Source: an uncultured Gammaproteobacteria bacterium (GTDB lineage Bacteria; Patescibacteriota; Patescibacteriia; Magasanikbacterales; UBA922). Taken from it: DNA of 64,000 nt. Positions 37,155 through 49,700 of this stretch are shown one piece after another. The notes beneath the pieces were generated by a model. It had not been told where the DNA came from, did no database searches, and saw only the letters and a list, made by a program, of their open reading frames with translations. The DNA lies in contig CAYYQC010000001.1 in assembly GCA_964473715.1 (NCBI GenBank), positions 60,674 to 124,673 on the forward strand, read 5' to 3'. The position numbers and the translations under genes are program-made. Positions within the stretch are counted from its first letter, which is position 1; each line of letters starts with the position of its first letter.

Positions 37155-38522
37155 TTATTGTCCCATTTTCTTGCGGATAAAGGCTGGAATTTCCAAGTCT
37201 TCGTCAGCTGCGTTTTGAGCATTTTGATTTGGATTATGATTCATTGGTGGCATTGGTGGCGTAGGTGGATTCATGAAACTATTACCTACTGGCTTGGAAG
37301 TAAAATGGGTGGGTTTTGGTGGCATAGTTCGAATTGGCATGGACTCATCCACAGTTTTTTTAATAAACTGAGGCTTGGCCACAAACTCAGCATCTAAGTC
37401 TAAGTCATCATCTATGTCATTTTCATGTTCACGTTCTTGTGCTTGCGTTTGTGTGTGAGGCAAAACTGGAATTTCACTAATTCGTTTTGAAAATAATGGC
37501 ATGCGAAGTGGTGAACGACGGATACTCGTAGGAACTTCATTTGATTCGGGGGTGAAATGTTTTTCCCCACGGTGTTCAAAACCAGTCGCAATTACCGTAA
37601 TACGAATATCCTCACCCATGGTTTCATCAATCACTGCCCCAAAAATAACTCGCGCGTCTTCATGTGCAGAGCTGGTAATAATTTTAGCAGCTTCAGCTAC
37701 TTCTTGCATGGCGAGTGAAGATCCACCCGTAATAGTAAAGAGAATACCACGAGCACCATCAATCGCAATGTCGAGTAACGGACTAGAAATCGCAGACTTG
37801 GCTGCTTCAAGCGCGCGGGTTTCACCAGTACCAAGACCTATACCCATGAGCGCAGAACCAGTATCACTCATAATGGTGCGAACATCGGCAAAGTCTACAT
37901 TGATTAAACCAGGAACAGTAATTAATTCAGAAATTCCTTGCACACCTTGGCGCAAAACATCATCAACAATCTTGAATGCTTCCATGAGTGAAGTTTTCTT
38001 GTCGATAATTTGTAAAATACGATCATTTTGAATAGTGATAATGGTATCAACATTGCGAGACAATTCTTCATGCGCACGCTCAGCAATGGCACGACGTTGC
38101 GGACCTTCAAAAGTAAATGGTTTGGTAACAACCGCAACAGTGAGAATTCCCATGTCACGCGCAATTTCGGCTACTACTGGTGCAGCACCTGAACCAGTTC
38201 CACCACCAAGACCACAAGTAATAAATACCATGTCAGTGTCTTTGAGCATTTCACGAATTTCATTTTGGGTTTCTTCGGCGCTACGCTTACCAACATCAGG
38301 ATTCATACCAGCACCAAGTCCGCGGGTAACTGCTTTACCAATATGTAATTTGTGTGGCGCAGAATTATGGTGCAAAGCTTGAACATCAGTATTCATGACA
38401 ATAAAATCAACACCACGAATTCCGCCTTTGACCATGCGATCAACAGCAGAACCACCAGAGCCACCGACTCCGATTACTTTAATTTTAGCAAATGTTTCTA
38501 TTTCTGGTTTTACTTGGGGCAT
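37155..38522 (-). CDS. ftsZ: Cell division protein FtsZ
   Basis: GGGTGSGAAP; NVDFAD; C-terminal LEIPAFIRKK; likely start ATG 38522. Confidence 0.98.
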   Translation of the reverse strand: MPQVKPEIETFAKIKVIGVGGSGGSAVDRMVKGGIRGVDFIVMNTDVQALHHNSAPHKLHIGKAVTRGLGAGMNPDVGKRSAEETQNEIREMLKDTDMVFITCGLGGGTGSGAAPVVAEIARDMGILTVAVVTKPFTFEGPQRRAIAERAHEELSRNVDTIITIQNDRILQIIDKKTSLMEAFKIVDDVLRQGVQGISELITVPGLINVDFADVRTIMSDTGSALMGIGLGTGETRALEAAKSAISSPLLDIAIDGARGILFTITGGSSLAMQEVAEAAKIITSSAHEDARVIFGAVIDETMGEDIRITVIATGFEHRGEKHFTPESNEVPTSIRRSPLRMPLFSKRISEIPVLPHTQTQAQEREHENDIDDDLDLDAEFVAKPQFIKKTVDESMPIRTMPPKPTHFTSKPVGNSFMNPPTPPMPPMNHNPNQNAQNAADEDLEIPAFIRKKMGQ

Positions 38523-38573
38523 ATGAACAATATTTGTATTCAATCAATCGATCTTTGAGTAAATTCTGTATAT

Positions 38574-38602
38574 ATTTTAGTTTCTTTTGCCTGACCTGTC
38601 AA
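38574..38602 (-). promoter_or_regulatory. Sigma70 promoter for ftsZ
   Basis: Minus strand TTGACA-17nt-TAAAAT. Confidence 0.6.
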
Positions 38603-38665
38603 TAATTTTGTAATAAAAAAGAACCCCATTTTATTGAGATTCTATTAAGCCTTATTTTAAGCCAA

Positions 38666-39925
38666 TTATGGCAATAAGTTTTTAAAAAATGATTTCACTC
38701 CGTCTGTTACTTTTCCTGATGCCACCTGCCAAGAAGCACGACCAGCAGGCGCATCTCCAGTGACTGAAGCTCCCCATTTTACAAGGCCGATAGCTGAAGC
38801 AAATGCCACATCTTGAACTTTGTCTGTAATGCTATGAACATTGAGTGGATACCCAAGCGCAGATGGTAATTGTAATTCTGCTTTAGCCAAATCAATTAAT
38901 CCACCAAGTCTTGCTCCCCCACCTACAAAATATGCACCGGCTGGAAGCAAACCACTACGCCCAATTTTAGTAAGTTCAGCATCTACTTTTTCTAAAATTT
39001 CTGAAACGCGAGCTTCAATAATTTGTCCGACGTAATACCGTGACACTGTTTCATGTTCATTGGCACCAAGTGAGGCCAAATCAATCATATCTTTTTTAGA
39101 AAGACCTTGGGCCACGCATTGACCATATTCAATTTTTACGCGTTCAGCAATATCAATGGAAGTCTTGAGCCCAAGTGCCAAGTCATTGGTAATATGTCCG
39201 GCTCCCACTGGTAAAACCGCGGTATGTAAAATATCACCTTCTTCATAGACCACCAAGCTAGTGGTCGCTGAGCCAATATTAATCACTGCCGCCCCTAATT
39301 CTTTTTGACGACTCGTTAAAACTACGTCTCCGGCCGCCAAAACTGATAAAACAAAATCATCGATGCCTACTCCAGCCCGATAAATGGCTTTGGAAATATT
39401 TTTAATATGGGCAGTCACCCCGTATATAATTTTTGTGTCTACTTCAAGACGAATTCCGGTCATTCCTACCGGATCTTTAATACCAGTTTGTCCATCCACA
39501 CTAAAACTACGTGGCAGTACATGCAAAATTTCATAATTGAGTGGCGTGGCTACAGTCTTGGAAGCTTCCAAAGCCCTACCTACATCTTCTTCAGTAATTT
39601 CTCCATCTCCACGGGCTACAGCCACCACACCTTTACTGTCTTGCGCAATAATATGAGTACCAGACAAGCCTACCCACACTTGTTCAATGGGTACGCCAGT
39701 GATTTTTTCCGCAGTTTCTATAGCATGAGCCAATGATGAAACCACTTCTTCAATACTGGTAATCACTCCTTTTTGTACACCTTCAGAAGGCACTTCTACA
39801 GCTCCAATGATTTGCAAAGTGCGGTCAATACCAGAACCACCTACCTGGCCCACTGCCACGCGAATATTTTGCGAGCCAATATCAATACCAGTAATGTATT
39901 CAGTGTTTTGTTTTGTTCTAACCAT
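38666..39925 (-). CDS. ftsA: Cell division protein FtsA
   Basis: GIDIGS; DPVGMTGIRLEV; upstream of ftsZ. Confidence 0.96.
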   Translation of the reverse strand: MVRTKQNTEYITGIDIGSQNIRVAVGQVGGSGIDRTLQIIGAVEVPSEGVQKGVITSIEEVVSSLAHAIETAEKITGVPIEQVWVGLSGTHIIAQDSKGVVAVARGDGEITEEDVGRALEASKTVATPLNYEILHVLPRSFSVDGQTGIKDPVGMTGIRLEVDTKIIYGVTAHIKNISKAIYRAGVGIDDFVLSVLAAGDVVLTSRQKELGAAVINIGSATTSLVVYEEGDILHTAVLPVGAGHITNDLALGLKTSIDIAERVKIEYGQCVAQGLSKKDMIDLASLGANEHETVSRYYVGQIIEARVSEILEKVDAELTKIGRSGLLPAGAYFVGGGARLGGLIDLAKAELQLPSALGYPLNVHSITDKVQDVAFASAIGLVKWGASVTGDAPAGRASWQVASGKVTDGVKSFFKNLLP

Positions 39926-39956
39926 AGAATTATCTGCTAATTATACCACAGGTAGA

Positions 39957-40307
39957 TTAGACCTGAAAGAGATGTGGCCAGAAAACCAAAATCCCACTGA
40001 CTAAAGCTACCAAAGAAACAATTAAAACAGCCCCTGCCATAATATCTTTGACCCTGCCAATTTGTTCATCAAAACGAGGCTTAATAATATCAAGAGTTTT
40101 TTCCAAAGCTGTATTTACTAATTCCATGGCCAAAACTAAACCTGTAACCAAAGTAATTACCAACCACTCACCACGACTAAGCCGTACTATCAAACCCAAA
40201 GCCACAGCTAGAAAAGTAGCTAATAACTGCCACCGCACATTTGGTTCGGTTCTTGCTGCCCGCGTAAGACCACGAACCGCGTGTTGTAAACTATTTTTAA
40301 ATGCCAT
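39957..40307 (-). CDS. dgkA: Diacylglycerol/undecaprenol kinase family
   Basis: ELVNTALEK..D; VKDIMAGAVL; next to ybeY. Confidence 0.88.
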   Translation of the reverse strand: MAFKNSLQHAVRGLTRAARTEPNVRWQLLATFLAVALGLIVRLSRGEWLVITLVTGLVLAMELVNTALEKTLDIIKPRFDEQIGRVKDIMAGAVLIVSLVALVSGILVFWPHLFQV

Positions 40308-40308
40308 A

Positions 40309-40776
40309 TTATTTTTTTAAAACCGCACCCAGGTATCGCTCTTGTTTACCAAACATTATTTTAGCTTCCCCATCTTCCATGTGATCATATCCTAATATAT
40401 GAAGAACACCGTGAACTAACATACGAGTAAATTCTTCAGAGGCACTGACTTCCCAAACCTTGGCCTGTCTGCGAATTTGAGCCGCGGAAATAAATATATC
40501 ACCAAGGTCTTGTTCTTGTTTTCCAAACCACGAATCTTTTTTTTGCTTTCGTTCTCCCGCTCCAGCAAACTGAGCCGGAAAAGAAAGTACATCAGTGGTT
40601 TTCATTTTACCCCTATGAACACGATTTAAATCAAACATTTTTTTATCACCTATTACATGTACGCTAATTGTTCCATTTTTGTGTTCAGACTTAAGCGTAT
40701 ATTCTACGGCGCGAATAATATGTTGACGAGAAACGGGTAATGGCTTACGAATAGTGGAAAAAATCAAACATTCCAT
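40309..40776 (-). CDS. ybeY: rRNA maturation RNase YbeY
   Basis: TDVLSFP; LGDIFIS; HGVLHILGYDH. Confidence 0.95.
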   Translation of the reverse strand: MECLIFSTIRKPLPVSRQHIIRAVEYTLKSEHKNGTISVHVIGDKKMFDLNRVHRGKMKTTDVLSFPAQFAGAGERKQKKDSWFGKQEQDLGDIFISAAQIRRQAKVWEVSASEEFTRMLVHGVLHILGYDHMEDGEAKIMFGKQERYLGAVLKK

Positions 40777-40777
40777 A

Positions 40778-41854
40778 TTACAAAGCAGAACTCGTATTTA
40801 CTTGTCCAGGAATTCGCAAACTTTCTATCATCATTTTGAGTGTGGTACGATAATTAATTGGTGCATTTACTAATGGGTGGTATAAAATAACTACCACTTG
40901 TCCGGGCATATCCACGTACAAGACCAAATTATCTTTACGCATGTAATAAGAAGTTTTAAACGCATTAGAAACAGTTTGTAAATCAGTAATTTGTTCATCT
41001 TTAGCCACGCGACCAAACCATCCAGAAAAATCTTCAGTATTATTTTTAGTAAAAATCCTCACTTCTACATAATCGCCATTACCAGCCGTAAAAAGCATGG
41101 TATTAGAACCAGCGTCCACACTACCTGCTTGCCAAGAAATTGGATAATACAAACGGTACACATCACGTGGATGTGTAAATTCTCGGACTAATCCAGACTC
41201 TGCTAAACGCACTGGGCTAATACCTTTTGGGTTATATAAATTGAGCACCTCTTGACCATCACTATATCCATCACTATCACTATCAAAAAGCGAAGAATCA
41301 GTATCAAAAATTTCTTCCTCCAAATCAGTTAAAGTATCAGAATCTGCATCAATGGCGTTTAATTGATTAATTGCCGGAAAATCTGGGGATAACTCAGACA
41401 AAACAAAGGCTGTGCTTGTTGTCGTAAAATTAGAAGTAGAAGTGGTAGTTAACACTTCAGTAGAAGTGACTGTGGATGTCACAGTTTCCACTGGTGTGAT
41501 TTGAACAGGGGCAGGATCATTAGATTGCGGCATTTCTTTTGAAGTGGTTTCTGTGGCCGCAGGACCAACTCCCCCACCTAAATATTTCCAATACCCCCAA
41601 GCTGCGCCAGCTGAGACTATCAAAAAAATAATAATCATGACAAAGGCAATAAGTTTGGTATGACCAGAAGATGAAGAAGATGAACCAGCGCCACCGATAG
41701 AAGTAACACTGTTTGGTTTTACACTTTTACTAGCCGCGGCTCCACGAAGTCCAGCTTCTGGATCACTGCCACCATAAAAAATTTCTGGAATAGTCTGAAC
41801 TGACCCAAGCGCGGGTTTTGGTGCAGCGGTTTTTGCAGCGCGCTTGAAAAACAT
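40778..41854 (-). CDS. Membrane-anchored protein with TSP3-like Ca-binding repeats
   Basis: TM; Thr-rich linker; DADSDTLTDLEE, DSDSDGYSDGQEV..YNP. Confidence 0.8.
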   Translation of the reverse strand: MFFKRAAKTAAPKPALGSVQTIPEIFYGGSDPEAGLRGAAASKSVKPNSVTSIGGAGSSSSSSGHTKLIAFVMIIIFLIVSAGAAWGYWKYLGGGVGPAATETTSKEMPQSNDPAPVQITPVETVTSTVTSTEVLTTTSTSNFTTTSTAFVLSELSPDFPAINQLNAIDADSDTLTDLEEEIFDTDSSLFDSDSDGYSDGQEVLNLYNPKGISPVRLAESGLVREFTHPRDVYRLYYPISWQAGSVDAGSNTMLFTAGNGDYVEVRIFTKNNTEDFSGWFGRVAKDEQITDLQTVSNAFKTSYYMRKDNLVLYVDMPGQVVVILYHPLVNAPINYRTTLKMMIESLRIPGQVNTSSAL

Positions 41855-41857
41855 AGA

Positions 41858-42724
41858 CTAAGGTTTAGTTTCAGCACTTGGAGTGGTGGTTGGAGTATTG
41901 GAAGCAGTGCTAGTAGTGGTAACAGCAAATAACCTACCATCACCATTTGGATTATAACCATTTTTAATTTCCGCGGCATCCTCATAGGTATCACCGTCAG
42001 TATCTGCCTTGAGCGGGTTAGTTTTCCAGGTAAGGACTTCATCTCCATCGCTTAAAGTATCGCCATCAGAATCCCAAGCAAGCATATTAGTACCTTTTTC
42101 TTTTTCTACACTATCATCCAAACCATCACTGTCAGTATCCAAAACTGGTTCACCAAACAAAATTAAACTATCAGTAGAAGTATTATTATCTAATTCAATA
42201 GTAGTCGTAACTACGCTATCAGTGTTTTGATTATTTGATGGTGTAGTGGTTGGAATCAGAGCGGTGTTATTTGGCAGCACTTGAGTGTCTGGTGGATTAA
42301 TATAAGTAAAATAAGCCCATGCAGAGCCACCACCAATAATAATGATTGAAAGCAAAACAATTACAGTAATTAAAGCTTTATGACCACCGAGTGGGGCAGC
42401 CAAAACACCATCAGAATTAGCATTTACAGGCATTGGCATAGGTTCCACAGACTCACGACGTGGAGGTGTAGCCATGGACACAGGCAAGGGTGCTGGTTCG
42501 GCCAAAGGAGGCATTTCTGGCTCCATCATGGGCTGTGGCATTGGCACAGATTCGATTTTTGGACGCAATACTCCTGCATCAAGCGCAGTAGGCGGCATGT
42601 TGATTGGGTCAGGCTGAGGCAAAGCAGGCTCTACATCAGCACCAGAAAACATGTCTTCTGGTTCACCCATGGGTAAATTATTTGGCACTGCACCGGCTGG
42701 AGGATTGTTCTGATTATCAAACAT
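41858..42724 (-). CDS. Membrane-anchored protein with Pro-rich N-terminus and TSP3-like repeats
   Basis: DTDSDGLDD, DSDGDTLSDGDE, DTDGDTYED..E..NGYNP; likely start ATG 42724. Confidence 0.8.
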   Translation of the reverse strand: MFDNQNNPPAGAVPNNLPMGEPEDMFSGADVEPALPQPDPINMPPTALDAGVLRPKIESVPMPQPMMEPEMPPLAEPAPLPVSMATPPRRESVEPMPMPVNANSDGVLAAPLGGHKALITVIVLLSIIIIGGGSAWAYFTYINPPDTQVLPNNTALIPTTTPSNNQNTDSVVTTTIELDNNTSTDSLILFGEPVLDTDSDGLDDSVEKEKGTNMLAWDSDGDTLSDGDEVLTWKTNPLKADTDGDTYEDAAEIKNGYNPNGDGRLFAVTTTSTASNTPTTTPSAETKP

Positions 42725-42728
42725 ACGA

Positions 42729-43718
42729 TTAATTACCTTTATAACGTTCAAGTTTTTTGCCCTGACTAGCGTCTTGCAAAAACTTAAGGGTAGTTGGTGA
42801 TAAATTTGGCAAAGTCATTTTGGCTTTTACAAAAACAAAGCCATTGTTTTTGATAGCAGTAGTGGAGAAATTTCCATCTCCAACTGGATTAAATCCTTTT
42901 AAAATTTCTAAACCATCTCTAAAACCATCACCATCAGTATCAGCATTGGTGGGGTCTGTACCAAAACGCTCAAGCTCAATACTATCAGAGAGACCATCGC
43001 GGTCAGTATCAAAATCACTGGTACTAAGGCCAAGGGTATTTTCATCATTATCTTCAACACCATCTGAATCTCGATCATTTTCTAAAATTGGAGCAACGCC
43101 TTCAGGAAGATTTTGATCACCAGAGGCTTTGATAAAATTAGTTTGCAAAAATTGTTTTGTTTTAGTGTTTTCATTAGATAAATTTCTAAGAACTTCATCT
43201 AGAGCATTTTGCCAAGCTGCATCATCGGACATATTATTCAATTCTTCAATCACATTTTCTGCTTGCACAAAGTACGCACTTGCTTGAATAACCAAGTTAT
43301 TAATAGCTTCGGGATCAGCATCTGACCATTTAGATTCACTTTTATTTACTTCAGCTACAAACTCTTCAGATTTTTGAGCTAATTTTTTAGCCTGATCAAT
43401 AGCCTTTTCATCAGCCGAAGTAGTGGTGAGTAATTGTACAAATTTCAGATTATCTTCTGCAAACTTTAACCGAAGTGTAGCGTCCCTAGTAGCGTTAAAT
43501 GAAAATAATAATTGAAAACGCTGACTTATACCACGGAAAAAAAATCCTACGTTACTTGGAATCTCAGCATTCACTGTGGCAGAGGTGTTAGTTTGCGCAG
43601 TCACAGCAGTTCGACTTGGTGCGGTTTGCGTAGTCACTACCTGAGCCTGGACACTGAGCGCCGGTTGAGAAATAACACCCAAAACCAAAGTGACAACGAT
43701 AATAAGATTTTTTTTCAT
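42729..43718 (-). CDS. Secreted protein with DUF5667-like helical region and TSP3-like repeats
   Basis: Signal peptide; FFFRGISQRFQLLFSFN..DA..RLKFAE; DRDSDGVED, DTDRDGLSD, DTDGDGFRD. Confidence 0.75.
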   Translation of the reverse strand: MKKNLIIVVTLVLGVISQPALSVQAQVVTTQTAPSRTAVTAQTNTSATVNAEIPSNVGFFFRGISQRFQLLFSFNATRDATLRLKFAEDNLKFVQLLTTTSADEKAIDQAKKLAQKSEEFVAEVNKSESKWSDADPEAINNLVIQASAYFVQAENVIEELNNMSDDAAWQNALDEVLRNLSNENTKTKQFLQTNFIKASGDQNLPEGVAPILENDRDSDGVEDNDENTLGLSTSDFDTDRDGLSDSIELERFGTDPTNADTDGDGFRDGLEILKGFNPVGDGNFSTTAIKNNGFVFVKAKMTLPNLSPTTLKFLQDASQGKKLERYKGN

Positions 43719-43755
43719 AAATATACTAAGAAAAACTTATGTCAATTATACCACA

Positions 43756-46700
43756 TTAGTTAGGGCAAGTCACAGGCACTTTACCTGGCATATAGCTAAA
43801 TAAGCCGGTTGAACATTTATGGAATAAACCATTCTGGTACAATTGACCATTACTAGTACCATTAGCCTCTTTTCCTTCAACTGGTTTAATTGTATATTTT
43901 CCACTTTCTTTTACCATATTAAAGACTTGCCAGTAACTATAAGCAGAGGCTGCTGACCCTGTAGGCAAATTAGCGTCCTTAATTTTAAAGGTATAATCTG
44001 GCTCATACACAGAGTACAGAGAAATATCACTGGCATTTAAACCATTCTTAGGCAGCGGTTTATTAGTATAAACCAATACTTCCAAAGAGCTATTTTTACT
44101 ACTACCAATCGATGTTCCATTCAAACTATTTACAAAGAAAGTAAATGGTTTTCCACTCTGCAAATAATCATTGGTAACCAAGGTAAAGGTTTGGATAAAT
44201 GTTTTTCCAGACACTGAAACTTGGTTTGGACTTGCGATAATACCGTAATTCGATTCACAAGTTTCTCCTTGAGTGGCAGACTGCGAAGGTGTCCAAAATG
44301 TTCCTGCGCGCATCATACTACTACAGAGCGCAGTTTGATTATAATTGTTCCACCAACCTTTCATAGCATAAATTCGATGATCTTGAATGCCTTTGGACCA
44401 AATATTTTCATCAAATTTATTAAAGTCTTCATTATACAAGGCACCATTAAATTCCGCGGTTTTATCTTGGTCAGTCCATTTTAAGACAATCCGGAAAGTA
44501 TCTGGTGGCACAGATGGAGAAGTAATTAATTCTTGTACAACCGGCGCATTTGCCGACTGAGCGTTCACGGTGAATGGGAACAAAGTACCATTTATTTTTG
44601 CTGTTGGAGCAATAGTCATGTAACTATTATTGTTATTTTCCAAAACTTTACTTGGGTTAAACAACATTGAGTAACGATTAACACACATTTTATCTTGTTC
44701 TACTTGCAAGGCCTTGGTTGCATCAACCAAGCTCTTGAAACCAATTTGCGGCACATTAATTGTAGGATTTGCTAAATTATTTCCACCAATCAAAGCATAA
44801 CTATCTGCACCCTGTTTGCGGTAAAAATAAAAATCATTTGTACCCGGCCACTCACTTCCCTTTGGACGCTCATTCCAAATTTTTTGAATTGGATTAAGGA
44901 TATTAATAATTGGTATTACACCTTGAGCACTTGGTCCACAAGCCACACATTGTTGAACCAATAATGTGCAGTTACTCTTACATGAATAACTACCTTGGTC
45001 AGAACATATAGCTGGAACAGTATTATTGTTTTGCTTCATTACTATCTGTCCTGTAGTACTAAAATCACATTGTTCATTTTTATTTGCGTCAATAACACCA
45101 TTACCACAAAATGCATTCTGATCAACAGTTAGAACCTTACAGCCATTACCACAATATGAACAAGAATCTTGGTTTGGCCCTGGTACACAGGCTTTATCAT
45201 TATTTTCACCCGCGTCACATTCTTCACCAAGAATTTTTTCAGTAGTACCATTTCCACAAGATGGATTTGTCCCCGATGAAGAACCTGAATCATTAGGCGC
45301 ATTATTTACGCTACAACTAGCATTTAATGGATTATCTGGACCTGGAGTAGGTACATTAATTCTCAAACATTTAAATTCAGTACCCTTAAGCGGAGCATAG
45401 GAATCATTAATTATCATTGGTGAACTTGGTGCGCCTTCAGCATATACTCTATGATTTGTAGAGCCAACCAGGGTTTGATATGTACTTGCCTTACGACAGT
45501 CAGAGTCAGTGGTGCAGCCAAAAATTTCGGTTTCATTACCCTGAGGTGACGCGTAAATAAATTTTGTGTTATAGGCACAAGCAAAGGCATCATCAGCTAC
45601 TTTCTCAATTTTTTTAAGATCAGTTCTAATTTTAACAGCATATGGTTCAGAATTTTCAGTTACAGGAATACTTGTACATTCAAGTGCATTTTCACAACGT
45701 AAATCATACGTATCAAAACTACAATATTTTTCTAATTTACACACTGAGCTACAGGAATCACCATTTGTTGTATTCCCATCATCACAAGTTTCTCCATTAG
45801 CTGATTGTATAAATCCATCACCACAATATCCTCCATAATTACGGCAATCCCAAGCACATGATTTATTACGATCAACATTATATTTAGCGGTAAAGCCATC
45901 AATACCCGCTTCACAAAATTCCAAGGTTTTTTTGGCAGAGTCAATGAAATCTTTTTGATTATTTCCACAACGCGCTGCAGCTAAGCCAGTACAAATAGCA
46001 TTACAATGACCATACGAGTCATTTAAAGCACCATCATCACACACTTCAGCACCCTCTACTTTTCCATTACCACAACTACCGGTTGAAGCACAGCTGCCGT
46101 ATTGCCAGGTACACTGACTGTTACAAGTACGTTTTACTAATTGTCCTTCAGAGCAAGTTTGTGGAGTAACAGTTGGTACGGAGCATGAACTTAACCCAGC
46201 ATAAAAGTTATTTGACTCAAGCACTTGGTTCGGAGTCTGACAGGTAAATAAATTATTAATATTTTGGTTCAAATCATTGGTTAGTTCAGCATAAGAGCGC
46301 ACAAATCCGCCTGGCCCATAACTTACTTGTCCATCATAATGACGATATGATTCATTTATACTTCGACAATTATTATCAGTACTACAAGGGAATGTTTCGT
46401 ATTCACCTTGTGCGTTTAAAATTGGATCATATTTAAGCACTGGGTTAAATTTATTAAATACGCAGAAATTTGCGCTGCTTGGTAAATGATAAACATTTGC
46501 AGTGTTAAAGCTGGTTGTATCACAAGTTAACTTATTACCGCTATCAGCAAAAAACTGTTTGAGAGGAGCAGCGGTAAGCGCTTGATAATTAGGCTTAACC
46601 GGTAAATATAAATTTTTTCCATTTGTTGGGTGGAATGAAAGCAAGGCGTGTGTAAAATTATAATTACCCGGAGCAGAATTAACCCCCTGTACAAAAGCAT

Positions 46701-49700
46701 CACAATCAGCATTTGTGGAACACGATAAAAGTTTATATTTTGCTGCGACTGGATCGCTATCTTTTACCACTGCCAAAGCAGATCCAGCCACACCCACACA
46801 GGCACCCTTGGCATTTGTATCCAAAGTAAACTTGCCATTAATATACCGGCCAACGCTTCGGCCAATTCTTCCACAATCATCATCACTATTACAGGCTTTA
46901 GCCACTGCCCACTTGGAGCAATGGTCATAGGTTGTTTGTACATCAGTATCAGCAAGTTCCACAGTTCCTGGAGGGTCACACTGTTCTGCCTGATTTAAAA
47001 TACCATCACCACATTTTTCCTGAAATGGATTATATGAACCAGTTGAACATCCTGACCAAGGCGCAGTAGTAAAGCGTTCCACATCCACATAATCCTTAGT
47101 AATTTGGTCAGTAGTTTTGAAGAATTCTAAAGGAGCATGCAATTTATAAGTATTGCCATTTTTAATGTATTCATATTCATACACACTCTTAAATTTAGGA
47201 CAGAAATACGTGGTACTTGAAGCACTCCAACAGGTTTGTGGGTCATCTGCATTACAAGTTGTCCAACGATTAAGTGGGTCACTAAATGAACCTTTGGTCA
47301 TTTCTTGCAAACGCCCCCAAGACTCACCCCATTTTGAAACAGTATAACCTGGCACAAATGAACCGCCCGCAAAAGTACCTTTAAAATCAGGGTTACTACC
47401 TTGGGTAGCAAAGAAAGTATCAATATTATCTTGAGCCACGCGTAAATCATTTAACCGTTTCCAATCGCGAAGGAATTTAGTACGCGCATTTGAACAAGTA
47501 CCGATGGTACCATTCTTAGGTGTACCAGCCGCGTCACGACAATCAAAATCAGTTGTGCATTGTTCAGCATTAATAGCGTTTGGATTTGTACGGATATTAC
47601 CACCCGCAATCAAACAGTGATTGTGATTAGAAAGATTAGTATTAAAATTCAAGCGTTGTAATAATTTGTTAAATACTTCACGGGTTTTACTATCTGCATT
47701 TGGATTAATACTAAACAAGTACACATAACTATTTACCGCGTTACTAGCAGAGGTTGATTCATAATTCAAAGCCTGAATATAATAATTATTTCCATCAGTT
47801 AGAGCTCCGTATTCTCCAATGACTTCGGAACGGAAACTTGCCACTGAACCAAATTTTTGGGTTTGACTAAACCATTCAGTGAGCGGCACATTGACTGGTC
47901 CAAAAATTTGAATACCGATAACATCACTATTTTTATCATTAAAGAATACTAATTTTTTGAGTGAATCAGAACTAAGTGGTCCACTTTCCAAACTCTGTTG
48001 ACGTAAATATGGTAGATCATCAGCATCATTAGTGGCACTACCAGCATCAGCACAATAACCAGTTTCATAATTATAAACCGCATCACGGAATGGATAACCT
48101 GGATTAGCGGGCCATGGGCGTTTACAGAATAAAGCTTCAAGTTCAAAAGTATCATTGAAAACTTGTCCCAATTGATTATTTTCTGCACTCGTATCCGCTG
48201 TAACTTTGGCCATGGCTACGCCAGTAATTTTACCTGGTACATTTTTGGCACGAACATTTAAAACATCGGTTTTAGCAGTATCAGTTTGAGAGAAATCAAA
48301 CACACTGTTTGGATTTGGCGCCCAAGTCCAGGTCCAAGCATAGCCAGGAGTAGAAACAATCTTTTGACCATTAGTGCTGGTGGCAAAAGCCGTGAATGTT
48401 TGTGTACTATTTGGCTCGTTAAACACATGAGCTGGAGGAGTTACTCCAACCTCTTTAATTTTACAGATATTATTACTGGTTTTAAAGAACCAGGCATCAT
48501 TACGAGCTGAACTGCCCATAGCTTTCATAGGTACACCACCCATGTCTACAATTCCACCCACATCACCACGCAAAATCACCCCGTAAATAGTATTTGCATC
48601 CAAGGTCTTACCAATCTCTAAAGATACACGACTAATTGTATCTAAACCTGATGAAACTTCACTTTGCACAGAAACTGACACAGGAACTTCTCCATTACAC
48701 CAAGTTTTGATAGATTTAAATTCCTGAGTACCAGAAACAGTGGTGGCACCAGCTTCTGTGGCCCAAATATTTTTTGTCCAATCAGTCAAACGACCCCAAA
48801 GCTTGGCCCAAAAACCTTTTACTTCTATTGGACTAGCCGCAATAATTTTATTAACAGTATCGGTAAAGTTTTGACCTTGCACAGCACTACAATCAAAGTT
48901 CGCGGCAGTATGGCCAGTTACTAAGAATACATTTTGGTTGATTGATTCCGCGCGCATTTCTCGATCAAAAGATACTTCCACTTTAGTATTTCGACAAACA
49001 TTTTCTGACCCTGCAAAACCAGCGCCATCTACTGGATATTCGGCCAACGGTCGAGGACGTGGCACACAACAAGAATTACCACCTACACCCAAATTATTAT
49101 CTGGATTACTTGGACAATTGTTATATGATTTATCAGTAGTCGCAAAATCGTATTCTTTGTATCCACATTGCAATTTATAATCTGCAACACCAGTAATATT
49201 TTTACTACCGTCTTTAGTAGAGGCAGTAACTTTAGTTTGTTGATATGTGGTACCAGCCACTGGATTGGCCTTACCTACAGCCTGAACAATTTGCGTTGGA
49301 CCGACTAAATCATTAGGATTATTTTTATTAGTCTGATTAAGTTCACAACTTGGATTTTCTCCAGTTCCCACTTGACGATCACCACACACAGAAGGAGATG
49401 AATATGTAGATTTAGAACCAAGCAACGTACATTTATCACTACATCCAGGCGCGTTTTTAACACACGGTGGATTTGTAAGCGCACAAGCATCGATAAACTG
49501 ACATGATTTATTACACATGGCCGAAGTGACGGTATCATTACCAACTTTTACACCTACTTCACAATCTTCATTTGGCTCTACCTTACCATTACCACAAATA
49601 CTAACAGCCGCTTTACATGAAGGGTCGGTGCTAAAACCAATATTTGCCAAACACCATGAAGCAGCCGTTTGTGTACCTTGGTGTAAACACTGCGCAGAAC

